Source: Selaginella moellendorffii (Eukaryota > Plantae > Lycopodiophyta). Taken from it: DNA of 64,000 nt. The position numbers were made by a program, and so were the translations under genes. Positions 24,140-38,258 of this stretch are shown one piece after another. Where the stretch lies: contig NW_003314267.1 of assembly GCF_000143415.4 (NCBI RefSeq), positions 2,260,932-2,324,931 on the forward strand, in the 5' to 3' direction. The first letter of the stretch is position 1; every line of letters begins with the position of its first letter. The notes below the pieces were generated by a model. It ran no database searches and was not told where the DNA came from. It was given only the letters and a program-made list of their open reading frames with translations.

Positions 24140-26288
24140 ATGGGCGTTGGGGGAGGATTTTGGGAGCTCATCAAGCCGCTGCGCCATAGCTCCGAAGATC
24201 TGTCAACGCTTCAGGATAAGCGCCTCGCAATCGATCTGTCCCATTGGATCGTCCAGCAGGAGGCCGTGCTCAAAGACAGGGCGCGCAAGCCTCACTTGCG
24301 TCTTTTGTTCTTCCGCGTCGTCACGCTTGTTGCCAAGGCAAGATTGCCGGTTTTTCTGCTCGATTTCTCAAGAAATTTTCACTCCAGGTCGGTGCATTGC
24401 CTGTTTTCGTGGTGGATGGAGACGCGCCATTGCTGAAGCTGCCTGCGAGGATCGAGCGCTTCAGTCGCTTTTCCGGAATTCCCGCCGCTCAGCTGAATGG
24501 AGGTGATAATCATCGGAATCGGGCTTTCCTCGAGAATGTAGAAGAGTGTGTGGTAAGTTTTCTTACGTCCATGAAGATTTTCTTCACGAAAGTTTCTCTC
24601 TATAGGAACTTCTGGGCTTGCTCAACGTACCGGTGTTACGTGCAACGAGCGAGGCGGAAGCCTTGTGTGCGGAGCTGGAGCGAAATGGCGTTGTAGACGC
24701 TTGTGTGACACCCGACAGTGATGCATTTCTTCACGGTGCGAGGTGTGTGATTCAAACCTTGCAAGCGGACATCAAAGTAAGGTGGGGATTCTTCTCTAAA
24801 GCTGCTGTAATTGTGGGAAGTCTGACAGAAACCTCTTGTGGAGTCATATCTTGCTTCAGACATCAGACTTGCGTTGCAACTCGAACGAGAACATCTTATT
24901 GCGTTAGCTCTCCTCGTAGGTTGCGACTACAATTTGCGTGGAATACCTGGTGTTGGCTACAGCAATGCAATGCGCCTGGTTCAGCATTTTTCTAAAGACG
25001 AGATCCTTGACAAGTAAGCCGGTTTTTTATTTTTTATTTTTGTTGTCTTATTGCTATCGATCTTAATTTCCTTGCTAATGGATCAGTCTTCGAAAATGGG
25101 GAAGGCGTGAGTATCCATCACCAGAAGTTATAGGAAAACTAAGTGATTCGGCAAATGGATTCGACAGCAAAGAAGGAGATGATGCTGCATTGCATCTTGG
25201 ACGAAGAAAAGATTCTCATTGTTCTATGTGTGGGCATCCCGGGAACAAGAAACTTCATACCAAGCTAGGCTGTGAAGATTGCGGGTCATTGAACACTGCC
25301 GGATGCTCTCAAAAAGCGAAGAACTTCAAGTGTGGCTGCGGGAGTTGCGCACAGGTATCATATGTAAGATGCCTTTTGCGCCAGGTTTCTAACACTGTTG
25401 TTTGCAGGATCGAAGAAGAAAGAAGCATGAGAAAGATGTGACATGGTGGTCAAATCTCCGTGCAAAAATTTCTGCGATTGAAGACTTCCCAAACGAAGAA
25501 ATTATTGAGATTTTTCTGAATACTGGGGCCACTAGTTATCTTAGAGGTTCGTACAGACGCTTTACAAACATACGTGTGAGCATCAACTTTTATCATGTTT
25601 CAGAAGGGCAATCCTTGGATCTTCGCTGGGAAGCTCCTCAAATGGAACCTCTAGAACTATTTCTCGGTTCGCATTTACATTGGGATGTAAGTTATATTCG
25701 CAAGAAGGCACTTCCACTACTGTCGCACTATTGTCTGAAGTCCATCGCCGAAGGTCCTTCAATGGCCCTTCTCAACGGTCGATATACCCCTACCTCTATA
25801 CTGAAACTCAAAACGAACGTGGGAAAACCACTGTACGTAGTGAAGTGGAATGCGGTGGATAGCTTTGGCGGGCCCGGTGGAGAAACGAATGAGGATTCCA
25901 TTACAACTGACGAACAGATTTCGTTAATCAAAAGAGCTTGTCCGGCTCTTGTTTCGAAGTTTGAAGATCAGCAGGTAAACTGTTTCTTACTCAGTTATAC
26001 AATCTTTTCTTTCTTTCTTTCTTTCTTTTTTGTTTTTTTATGTTGTTTTAGAAGTTCAAGAGACCGACTAGACGGAAAAAGAAAGAACCCGATCCAGATC
26101 AAAGGAGTATCATGTCCTTCTTCAAAGTAAAGTCCAAACAAGTTTCTTGGGAAGGAAGTGGCGTAGAGCTGTTGGCACCCACGGCTTTTCGTAAGGAATC
26201 TAACTCCTTGTCAAGCAAGCAAATTATAGACCTGGACTCGTCGGATGAAGATGATGTTCGGGTATCTGTCAAGAGGCGGCTATTTTGA
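24140..26288 (+). CDS. GEN1: XPG/Rad2-family Holliday junction resolvase GEN1-like, multi-exon
   Basis: MGVGGGFWELIKP, LAIDLSHWIVQ, EAEALCA..DSDAFLHGA, GCDY..GIPGVG, and Zn-like HCSMCGHPG..CEDC. Confidence 0.9.
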
Positions 26289-26436
26289 TAAGATCGGGTA
26301 TGTGAACGTCGTTTTCTTCGTCTTCTTTGTTTCTGTTTTTCCTTTTTTTGTTTTAACAACTTCTTGTTCTGGTGGTCAGGCATCTAATTAAATAGGTGCC
26401 AGCACCGAAAGTACAAAATTATTAGAACGAGGCGTT

Positions 26437-27661
<1,225 letters not shown>

Positions 27662-29528
27662 TACCTCCTGTCTCACGAGAAGCAGAAACAGGAAACGAGG
27701 AGGTAAGGATCAATCAGCTTGATTCATTTGCAGATGTTTTCTTCTCTTGCAGTGTGAGCCTTTTATAGCTGCAAGTTTCCTCGGCTAACGTTCGCACAAT
27801 CATATTCATATGGAGGTGGACACGAAACTTGAGCCTTTAACAAGAGTTCGATCGTGGATGGCGTGCGACTCCCACGTTTCCTTGTTTGAATTCGAATTTT
27901 TAAATTGTGGCGCGAATTATTGTGAGGCCTCTAAGCGAACATCGAGTCATACAGGTATGCTGCCTACTTTTTCCACGATTAATGTTTCTTTTTGTTTTTC
28001 CGAGAGATCAGCAGCTGATTCAATGAAAACTTGCTTCATTTCCTATGATACTGCAGCTGAAACTAATGTACTCTACGCGGCTCAAGTTAAACGGAAGCTA
28101 AATGATTTATTGACGCTCTATTATTGTACACGCGATTTCAGTAACCTCATAGTGGTCAAAATTTTCTAATAGATTAGTCCCCTGCTAGATCTTATAGTTT
28201 TGTTTGCTGTTTCCAGCGAAGCGAAGACCGCACGCCCAGGTCGATCGGGTCTACCACGTCTCGTAAAGTAAAGGTACAGACGTGACTGTTGCGGTTACTA
28301 AACAAAGTCTGCAAACACGCAGCGTCACGATGTCTGGGAGATGAGAAAGGTCTTGTTAGCTTTATATTTTTCTCGCTGATGCCTTTGTGAAGGTTTCAGA
28401 GAACGGGACTTCACCACCAAATAGGAATCCGCAGCGTTTTAGAGGAATGCGGACCTAAAGTCCGATTCAATGTTTAGTTGGGAAGGTACGACATAGTTTG
28501 GATACCTCTTTCCGACCCGGGTGTTAAACAGGCAAACAGAAGCTGGTTGTTGACGGAACAAGTCTTCAAGGCTGACGGTACACCAGACGTTCTTCTACTT
28601 GCTCGAATGTCTGACGAGATGTTTACTGTAAACGCTGCAGAATAGCTGTGGAAAATGGAAGACTTGTACAGAACTTTGCCGGAAGCACAAAGGTGATTTT
28701 GTTCACGTTCTGTCATTATTTGACAGGAAAAGGTTCATTTCGAGGCAGCAGTCAACCGTGGTTGACGTGCCAGTGCAATCCAGTGCTCATTCATTGCGAG
28801 AGATCAAGTAGAAGGCAAGTATGTGCTGTTTAGATCCGGTTTACTTTTCTAATCGCAATTTCATTGGAAGACGAGCTCGAGCGCGTTGAGAGGCTCGAAA
28901 GCAAGCCCGAAGCCAACTTGCTCGACAGTGATGGCGAGAAACGAGAACTAAGAAACTTCGAGCTTACAGGGAGTACGAAGAATTACTTCTTTACTGGCGA
29001 AGGTCTATTCTGAAAAGCTTGTACGCTAAAAGTCGCCAGGAATCCTTTGCTGCTTTTGGAGGCGAATAGAAAAATGTGACGCGCTATGGGCGGCAGCACG
29101 AGAAGAATCGGCTTCGGTGGGTTATTGAGCTTTCCAGCTGTCTGATTAAAATGTGTTTTCAACGTTGGTAACATGGCTTGCTCGCAGGCTATCACGTACA
29201 AGCAAGCAGCGTCACGGGAAGCAATATAAACAAGTCTTCGTCAAGAACTAGCCAGGGATTGTGAAAGGCAAGAAATGGAAACTTGGGGGGCTTAATCGCG
29301 AGGAAATCTCCCGTTTGCTGGTAATTACCAGCATTCGTATCTGGAAAGATCCGGGTCAGCGACGAGAAAGAGAAAGCGTTACGCAAGCTTTGTCCGCGCA
29401 GTGCATGCACTGAAGTAACGGGGGTGGATCAAAGTTGGTTGAGCTGGAACTTGAATGCTCCGGTCACTCTTGGTGGGCGTTTGATGAAAAGGAAGGCGAG
29501 GATCTGTCATCGACGAAGAAGATGATCG

Positions 29529-31019
29529 ATGGTCGTCGCCAGGGATCAGGCTATGGTAGTACAGCGCAGGACGATGGCAATGCCGTTAACTCGACTCGTT
29601 CTCGCCACTTTGTTCGCCGTTTGGGTGGTATGGAACTTCGTACCTCTGGAGCAGCTCCAATCCTTCACTGCTCCACCAGCGGCAGAGATCAGATTTAGCC
29701 ACAGCGTAGAGCAGCACTACAAGTTCTCGGGCCACAACGATGGTGGTTCCTTGTCCGAGGAGATGGAACTGGGCTGGAAGAAGAAGGAGATCATCGACAG
29801 CTTGAGGGGTGGAAGTGATACATCGTCACGGGTGGTTTCATCGGGTTCCCCCTGTTCCGGCCGAGCTATCTACATTTACAAGCTCCCGGAGAGATTCAAT
29901 CGGGCTATACTCGAGCAATGCGGGACATTTCTCCCGTGGTTCAGCATGTGTGACTACTTCACAAACTCGGGTATGGGAGTCCCAGTGCAGAGCTCCAGTT
30001 CTTCGGTCCTAGCACCAGCAGGGAAGTGGTTCCAGACCAACCAGTACGCTCTCGACGTTCTCTTCCACCAGAGGCTACTCCACTATCCATGCCTCACGGA
30101 CTCTCCAGAGGAAGCGTCGCTCTTCTACGTTCCATACTACGCCGGCCTTGACGTTCTCAGGTACCACTACACCAACGAGACGCTGGAGCAGAAGAACGAG
30201 CTCGGGCTGGAAGTGATGGATCTCCTCAAGCGGCAGCAGTGGTGGTGGCGGAGGAATGGCAGGGACCATCTCTTGGTGATGGGAAAGATCACCTGGGACT
30301 TTCGCAGGAACAACGAGACAATGTGGGGGAACACGCTGCTCAAGATGGCCGAGTTCGAGAACATGACCAAGCTTCTCCTGGAGCGAGATCCCTTCGAGCC
30401 AAACGAGATCGCAGTGCCACACCCGACTTACTTCCACCCGAGCTCCGACTCCGACATAAGCACCTGGATCTCACGCATCGCTTCCTCCAGCAGGGACAAT
30501 CTCGTCAGCTTCGCCGGGATGCCGAGGGACCCCGAGCACCTCCGGACTCACCTCATCAACCAGTGCAAGGATCGCCCAGATCGCTGCAAGCTGCTGGCCT
30601 GCTCGGGGAATCTGTGCGACAGTCCGGAACCGACCATGGAGCTGTTCTTGAGCTCCCAGTTTTGCATGCAGCCGCCGGGGGACAGTGCCACCCGACGCTC
30701 GGTCTTCGATTCTCTCATCGCCGGGTGTATCCCAGTGTTGTTCGACGCCGACACCGCTTACTTCCAGTATGCGTGGCACCTTCCCGAGGACTCGTCCTCG
30801 TACTCGGTGTTCGTGTCGGCCAGCGATGTCAAGAGGCGGAGAGTGGACGTGGTGGACGTGGTGGAGCACGTCTCTCCCAGGCAGAGGCTGCTCATGAGGA
30901 GGAAGATTATCGAGGAGATTGTTCCGGGGTTGCTCTACGCGCAGCCGGGGACGAGGCTGCTCAAGTACCGGGATGCGTTTGACACCACCATCGCCAGGTT
31001 GTTGCAAAAAGGTAAATAA
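29529..31019 (+). CDS. GT47 (exostosin) xyloglucan galactosyltransferase-like (MUR3/XLT2 clade), intronless
   Basis: N-terminal TM, CSGRAIYIYKLPERFN, WFQTNQYAL, GRDHLLVMGKITWDFRR, FCMQPPGDSATRRSVFDSLIAGCIPV. Confidence 0.92.
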   Translation: MVVARDQAMVVQRRTMAMPLTRLVLATLFAVWVVWNFVPLEQLQSFTAPPAAEIRFSHSVEQHYKFSGHNDGGSLSEEMELGWKKKEIIDSLRGGSDTSSRVVSSGSPCSGRAIYIYKLPERFNRAILEQCGTFLPWFSMCDYFTNSGMGVPVQSSSSSVLAPAGKWFQTNQYALDVLFHQRLLHYPCLTDSPEEASLFYVPYYAGLDVLRYHYTNETLEQKNELGLEVMDLLKRQQWWWRRNGRDHLLVMGKITWDFRRNNETMWGNTLLKMAEFENMTKLLLERDPFEPNEIAVPHPTYFHPSSDSDISTWISRIASSSRDNLVSFAGMPRDPEHLRTHLINQCKDRPDRCKLLACSGNLCDSPEPTMELFLSSQFCMQPPGDSATRRSVFDSLIAGCIPVLFDADTAYFQYAWHLPEDSSSYSVFVSASDVKRRRVDVVDVVEHVSPRQRLLMRRKIIEEIVPGLLYAQPGTRLLKYRDAFDTTIARLLQKGK

Positions 31020-32283
31020 CTACATGCATGTAAATTGGATCGGTCATAAGAAATCTAGAGCTGGATTAGATTTAGAGTTGGATTTCCTCTAAATCTATAA
31101 CCACAATTTTTCTTTAAAAATCCAGATAAAGGGATATCCTATGATACCAGGATATTCTTGGTACAGCCATTACACCGGATAGAAATATCTCCTCGGCGCA
31201 GTTAAACTTTCTCTAATTCTTTTGTAATCAGTGTTTGACCTTGCTGCTTACCAACTAGCTAAACATCAAACAAGCCCTGTGCTCACAGAAAAAAGAGAGT
31301 TACTTATCTATCAGTCAATCCCTCCTGGGGACAAGATAAATTGACCAGCACAAAACAAATCCCTTATTCATTTTGGCAACTTGTAGATATTGGGGGAGTA
31401 CACCTCTGTACCTGGGGTAGGTGGCCTAGTAAAAATTGCATTATATTGCAATATATATATATATATATATATATCAATTTCATACACATGTGTGTTTGAA
31501 TTGTTTAAACATGCATATGATTCATCTTTTATATATAAATTTTTAATCTATGTCAATTCATTTGCCACATCACCATCTTCTTTTTTGTAATTTAAATTTG
31601 GCAAGAATGGCAAGAATGAGTCGTGAGATGATTTAAACCTGGCATCCTAGATGGAGCTTGATGTTCAATGGCTACATGCAATGGGGTCCAATCTAGAGTC
31701 TAGCCCATCTTTACCTCAGAATAAGCAAGAATCGTGCCATATGCATTGCAATATAGCACTCAAACTCCTCACCAAAAGTTTTGATCCAAGGGACTAGAAT
31801 GTCATAGCATTCATAAGCGATTGGTAGAGATTGTGGCTGGCAAGTTGGATGAGCTAGAGTGTGTGATTCTGCTGTTGGGCAACACGTTCTAAGCATTTCC
31901 ACCCAATTGTATCTGGCAATCTTAGACATGTTTATTTGTTATGGACAATCCTAGTTGACATGGGTTGGATTCATATCTGGCATTCTGCCAAATTATATTA
32001 CACACAATCACGTTTCAATTGTTATGCATTATAATACTCTGTGCAATTGAAAAAAAAAAATACACATGTGTAAATAAAAAATGCACTCATGTGCAATTAT
32101 ATATTGATTGCCATATGATTGGGCATCAATATTATAGCATTCATTTTAAAAATGAGTAGCCTTTAAATAATAAATTTTTTTCTTAAAAATAAGAATTTTT
32201 TTAAAGGTTAGCAAAAAATTTCAAAAACACTTTTTGTTATCAAAACGAGGGTTTTAAACGAATTATGTTCGAACTGAAGCTTC

Positions 32284-34296
32284 ATGGCGGAGGGGAAACG
32301 GGTCAAGGTAGGCGAAGTTCTTGTGGGTTTGGGTTCCGAAGAATGGAGCGTGCCAAGCGGCACGACAGTGAAAGAGGTGATCCAGATGATTCTCTCGTCA
32401 CGGGGTTGTAGCAGCTCCAAAATAGTCCTCGAGGCGCATGTCGATCAGGATGGGAGCGTCATCCCTCTCCCCGACACTTTGAAGCTAACGGAGATCGAGG
32501 GCTGGAGATACAAAGCCAGAGCGGAGGTGGTGTTCAAACCTCGTCGGTTTGCAACTGGCGTCGCGATACAAGACCCCACTGAGTGCTTCTTTATCGAGCC
32601 CGAAGGCGCTCAAGCTCTGGCCGAGGACCTCGTCGCTGGCCGCTACTGTGTTGTGTGTGACCGAAGGCAGAGCGGGAAGACCACCCTGCTCTACGCGGTT
32701 GCGAAGAGATTGGAACAGTCGGGCTTGGTTCCGGTTTACATCGGGGGCTTGAGCAGCGCGGCCAAGGACTGGACTTCTTCAGATATGTGGAGAGACTTGT
32801 GCAGGAGGTTGCACCTTGCGTGCCCGGCTTTGTTTGCGGAACAGAAACACGAAGGGATGTGTGACGATATCGTCTTCATGAGCATGTTCCGCAAAACAGT
32901 GCGAGTCAGTTGCAAGGTGGTGGTCATTCTAGATGAAGCAGATACCCTGCTCAAGCTCGACCCTGGCTGCCTAGACGTCTTCTTCCATACAATCAAAGAC
33001 ATGAAGTCACAGAGGGCCTCCTACAACCTGTGGGCATTTGCTCTGGCTGGTGTCGAGACGATCAAAGACCTGCTCGAGGCACAGTATGACAGAAGAAGGC
33101 ATGCAGCAAACGAAGGGTACCTTGAAAGCGCTGCACCGAGCAGATTGTCCCCTTTTCCGCATGACTTGTCACAAGCTTTGCGTCCGTTCACCGTGGAAGA
33201 ATTGATCAGTCTCATGGAGCAGGCCAACGAGGAGCACGGAGGGAAGATTCTGCAGGTGGTGGAGGTGGCAACACACATCTGGCAACAGACTTCGGGGCAC
33301 AAAGGATTGGTCGGGACTTGCCTGGCGTATATGATGCAGGAGGAAGCTTTTACGTTCAAGTCTTGGCTGGAACTGTCGGACTCGTTCAAGCTCGGCCGCC
33401 ACCTCTTCGGACAGGCAACGTATGCCCGAATCATGTCCTTCTTCAGGACGACGTCCACCATCTCTCAAGCGCTGTACGATCTTCTGGTCAGCTTCCTCGG
33501 ACAGGAGAAGCGCGAGCTACAGAGCGTGGTGCACCTCCGTGATTTGCTGGCTGAAGGCGTATTGACTGCCGTATCATCGGGAGACGATAAGTACCAAGTT
33601 AGCATATCGTCTCCGTTGCTTCGTACGGCCATACTTCGACGGTGTTCTATCTGCGGCCAGCAGGTCGACGATCCTCCATCACCTCGCCATCTTGTGAACC
33701 GAACTTGGCTCGTCCAGCAGGCAATCAGGACGCTCGACTACGACTGCATTTTCAGGTGAGCTTTGCGGCTTTCTTGTGTGCTCGTTCACCTTTTGATGTT
33801 TCCATGCAGGCCCGAGTGCTCCGAGTACTCCCATCAGTTCATTTTCATGTGCAGGGTCAAGGCAGTGCTGCAATCGGCCTACCCCTTTGTTGGTGCGGTT
33901 GTCCTCCCTGAGGTGAAGGAGGTTCCGGTCGAAGGTGTCCGACGCAGCCAGTCACGCCTCCATACCTTAGTCCGCGACCATCAGCACTTTCCAAGGTTCG
34001 GGTTTGAATATGTTGTCGATGCAGACGTGAAGAACTTGAGAGCTCGCTACCAGATGTCCGTAGACTACAGTAAGCAGCACTCTGCACAGGTCTACTTGAT
34101 CAACTTTACTCTGCGCAAGGATCCTTTGGAGATTAAACCAGATGACGAGTCGATATATTTCTGGGGGGTGCGGTTTGATCCCGAGGACCAGACTGCAACC
34201 GTGACTAGTTTGGATGCGAGAGGTGCACGGGAGGCAGCTGTTTTGAGTTTACGCAATTGGACTGGCAAGCTCAAGTTTGATGACTTGGTGGGATGA
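32284..34296 (+). CDS. Crinkler/RHS-like protein: N-terminal Ubl-like domain + P-loop NTPase (AAA_35-like) + C-terminal PD-(D/E)XK-like domain; exons 32284-33755, 33810-34296 (652 aa)
   Basis: Walker A RRQSGKTTLL, Walker B VVILDEAD, helical TSGHKGLVG. A 54-nt GT-AG intron joins both ORFs in frame. C-terminus SEYSHQF..VLPEVKE..RLHTLVRD..GFEYV. Confidence 0.7.
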
Positions 34297-34567
34297 AATA
34301 CTAAGTGCTTAAAGAATGGCATCCTAAAATCTTCATGATTAAACATTATATACATTATTGTAAAATAATGTTATCAAAGGGTTCAGTCCTTTTGCATGGC
34401 AATAAATTTCAGCGCTTTTGGATGAAAAGCCTGATTGAGAGGAGGCACACATAAGCAAATCCAACAGCAAAGTCGGGAACAGAAGAGAGTACGCTACAAT
34501 CATCAAGCTGCTCGGGGCAATCGTTAAGGAAAAACAAATTTATCACAATTTTAACATAGTTTGTAAC

Positions 34568-37514
34568 TTAGCTTCTTGATACTGGAGCTTCCATAAATCT
34601 CCTGCGGCTTCTTGCTGGAGCTGCTGATCTCGACGACAATGGCTGGGACGAACAAACACTGTTTCGCTGTTGTGGAGTTGCCGGAGTCATCTTCACGGGC
34701 TCTACTCTATTGCTGACGGTAGTGCTGCTCGAGATCACGGAACTTTGCTCCACAGCTGCTAGAACAGGTGTAGATAGCACTGGCTGATAGTCTCCACCAA
34801 ATGGATTAGTTCCACCACGTCCCAAGTTGCTCATTGTTCCATGGCTTTCACCGCCAGATCTTCCCAACGCCTTCGCTGCTGTGCTTGCCTTGGTGGTGGT
34901 GGTGGTGACAGGAGCTCGGGCCTCGTTTTGCCGCTGCTTCCACACGTTCACTGCGTCGTTGATCTTCTTCTTTCCCAGGTTTTTCCCAGCAGCCAGACGC
35001 ATGTCTTTCTCTCGTTCTTTTGCCTTCTTCATGGCAGCCTGTGCTGCAAGAGCAGCAGCAGCCACGGACTCCGCTAGACTCGGCTGCTTCTTTTCGTCAC
35101 CAGCGTCTTCTTTGTCCTCGTCTTTCAAAGTACTAGCGTTTTCTGGAGCAGTAGCAGTATCAGCACCAGCAGCAGTAGCTTGAGTGCTTTCGTTGGCGTT
35201 TTCGTCGACATACGGCTGGTACTCCTGGGTTTCATGGTCGTAACTGTACCACGCACCATCCTTTCCACTGTAGTAGAGCCCTGTGTTGATTCATTTTGTA
35301 AGTTCTAAGAAAATTCAAAAACACGTGAAGGCAATCACGAACCTCGAGTTGCATCGTAGTACATCCCTGATGCTGCATCGTGATAGTAACCTGACGCCTC
35401 GTCCCAAACGAAACCGGTCTCTGGTGTTGCAGCACTATCGCCAATCTGATCATCTTGCTGTTGCGGGTTATACTCTTTCGGAGCCCAAGCGTACTGTCAT
35501 TTATATCCGCGTGAGAACACATCTACGTAAAACATAACAATTGCTTACTTGTTGAGGGAATGCTGCGGCCTCAATTGCAGAGGCAGCTATGCCACTTGCC
35601 AGAGCAGAGTATCCATTTAAGCTTTTGGCATATGATACTCTTAGAATCTGGCTGTTTCTCTCCAAAACACATCCGTTTGTAGCGTTCATGGCCCTTGTAG
35701 AATCATCAATCTGAACACAGCATCCAGCTTATAAACAACACATAAACTTCAACATGAAAGAAATACTCACCGAGTGAAATGAAACAAAAGCGTATCCCCG
35801 AGAGAGCTGAGTATGCCTATCCCTGACTATCCGAACTTCCTGCTCGAAATAACAAGTAAATTTCTGCACTAACAAAAATGTAAATTCGATCATACTTTCA
35901 GTGACGCGTGCTTGGAAAACTCGTTGCTGAGTATTTCCTCGTCGATGCTATTGTCTAAGCCCCGGACAAGCAAGACTTGGCTCGGACCTGGAAAACTCCA
36001 CGTTAGTTTATGCTACAGAGAGAAACCCAGAAACTAACCAGGATCTGAAAACTTCCTTCCGGCGCTGATCGGAACCTCCGCCAGTGGTGCATCCTCCGCA
36101 CGCTTTTCGTTGCACTGTTAACACATCCGAAAACAACGGGGTAAAGAATCAGAAACGTATCATCTTACCTGAAAGCATAATACACGGCGTGCAAAATTTG
36201 CACATCCACACAAAGTACATATCCAGTCATTAACTTCTCGGCCCGGTTGTCTTGCGCCAGGAAGTCCCCCAGGTCCAGCAGTTGGCTTGCTACTGTCACG
36301 ATTTGCGGTGAAAAAGCTGCCATAAACATCCATGTGCAAAGTCATACCTGTATTCAAAGCAGAGCTTGCGGCCATCCAAAACCATGCCTTCATCCCAAGC
36401 CTCAGCCATCATCGTCTGTGCAGCTTCCTGCAATAACCTTACTCGCTCTCAGCATCGGAGATGAACATTTCTAATAGTTCCAAACAAAGTTCTTACCACG
36501 GACGGAAAATCTACGAAGGCAAAACCACGAGAAACGCCAGAAATTCGCTCTTTGATCACTCGAACGTGCTTCAAGGGGCCCCAGATGGCCTACATTCAAC
36601 AGAATAAGCATACAAAGAAATTAAGAAACTTAAAAGTCGTCATTCTTACGAAGGCCTCGTAAAGATCGTGCTCCCCGGTTTTTTGTGAAAGTCCCTTGAC
36701 AACAATCGTAGCTGAAGGAGCCTGGCAACATTTACAAACAAGTTAAAAACAGGAAATCATGTCGAGTTCACTCACAACTGCAGGAAAATCGTATCGGCCT
36801 CTGTCGTTGAGCTGTTTCTTTGAATCGTACTGCAAGTTTCCGTGTTCCTCGTACGCTGTATCTCGTCCGTAGCCGTTCCAGGAAGAACTTGAGTTGCTCT
36901 TGTCGTCATAGCCAGAAAAAACCACGCGATCACGTCCTCGATCACGAGCTGGGCTTCGGTCCCTGTTCCTGCTTCGGCTCCTACTCCTACTCCTGCTTCT
37001 ACTTCTCTCTCGGTCTCGATGCCAGTCTCTACCTCGACGATACCTCTCGCGCTCAAACTGACCGCCACCCCTTGGATGCTCTTCAGTTCCATGCGTCGAG
37101 TACTTGTCCTCGTAAGACGACCACTTCGAAGAGCCTCGTCTTCCATAGTCTTGGGCAGAGGCCCAAGAGCCCCCATACTCGTTTTGGTGGTAGAATGCCG
37201 CTCCTTCATAGCCGACATCATCATCCGCAGTATAACTCAATCTACGAACAAAACAAAGAGAAACACTTAAGAAACTGGAAGAAAAAAGAGGTAGAGAGCT
37301 CTCGATCGACTTACCGGTCACTTTGCTCGTAGCGAAGCCCATAGCCCTCCACAGCCTGTATAACGAAGAAGATTGAGTCAGGATCGCATTCGTTATGGAA
37401 CTAGAGCATAAAGTCATGATTTTTAGTGTCGCGAGGCGGCGGCTGCCGGGCTATCACTGAGAGAAGAAGAATTTAACGGTGTCATACGCTGCTAGAGTAA
37501 CGCCCAGTGTCCAT
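34568..37514 (-). CDS. SUA: SUPPRESSOR OF ABI3-5 (RBM5/RBM10)-like splicing factor, multi-exon, apparently lacking the G-patch
   Basis: Start MDTGRYSS, RS repeats, RRM (RGFAFVDF), RanBP2 finger DWICTLCGCANFARRVLCFQC, second RRM, AIEAAAFPQQ, OCRE FVWDEASGYY. Confidence 0.82.
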
Positions 37515-38027
37515 TCTCACTTGAGCTGCTGCATTGGCCAAATGATCCCCGGCAAGAAGAAGAAACAAGAAAGAATTTCGCAGCGCAGACACTAGCAGAA
37601 ATCTATCTGCAAACGAGGCGACACAGCGCAGTGAGGATCCAAGCTAGAGGAAGAAGCCGCATGAGCCCTAGCTACTGACCTCGATCCCACACGCCCTAAA
37701 ATCTCTGAGGTCACAGGGTCGATTCCAGCCCCTTGCAAATATCGATAGATTCCGGGTTCGATTCTCAGGGCCCGCGCCTTTTTACCCCTTTTTGTGTTAA
37801 GAGCCCTATTTCGTTTTGTCTGGAGCGGCAGCGATTTGCCCTGTTGCGGTCGATCGGCGCGGCGCGGATTGGTCGAAGATAGATCTCGCAGCAGCGATCG
37901 CGCGCGCGCCCTGCTCTGGTCTGGAATCTGGATCGAAAATAGAATAGAATAGATTTCGATTTTAATAGGGGGTTGCCGGGTCGAGATCATCCAGGACAGG
38001 GAGTAAGCCAGCGCGGCTTGTCGCTGC

Positions 38028-38258
38028 TTGTTTGCCGTTTCTTCTTCGTGCCTGTGTGTCACCCTCCTCGCGCGAGAGAAGTCCCATCCTCCAGTCCATC
38101 CGTCCGTCCATAGTCTTGTTTTTCTCGTGTTCTCTCCTTTTTGCGTTCTCCACCATCCATTTCTCACGAGATACGTGCCACACGCTAGGCTTCTGCTTCA
38201 AAATCCCCTTTCTTCCTCCCTGGAATCCACTCTTTCAACTCCTCAGTTGCCACTCTAG
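38028..38258 (+). promoter_or_regulatory. Putative conserved-peptide uORF upstream of polyamine oxidase
   Basis: Open frame ending LLQNPLSSSLESTLSTPQLPL*, resembling (from memory) the PAO2/3 CPuORF C-terminus. No in-frame AUG seen. Confidence 0.45.

Noticed and set aside
28200-29430. Possible gene between the peroxidase and GT47
   Set aside because: Only short ORFs, with no recognisable motifs or consistent splice model.
31380-31405. Polypurine-tract-like TTGGGGGAG
   Set aside because: No identifiable LTR or integrase remnant next to it.
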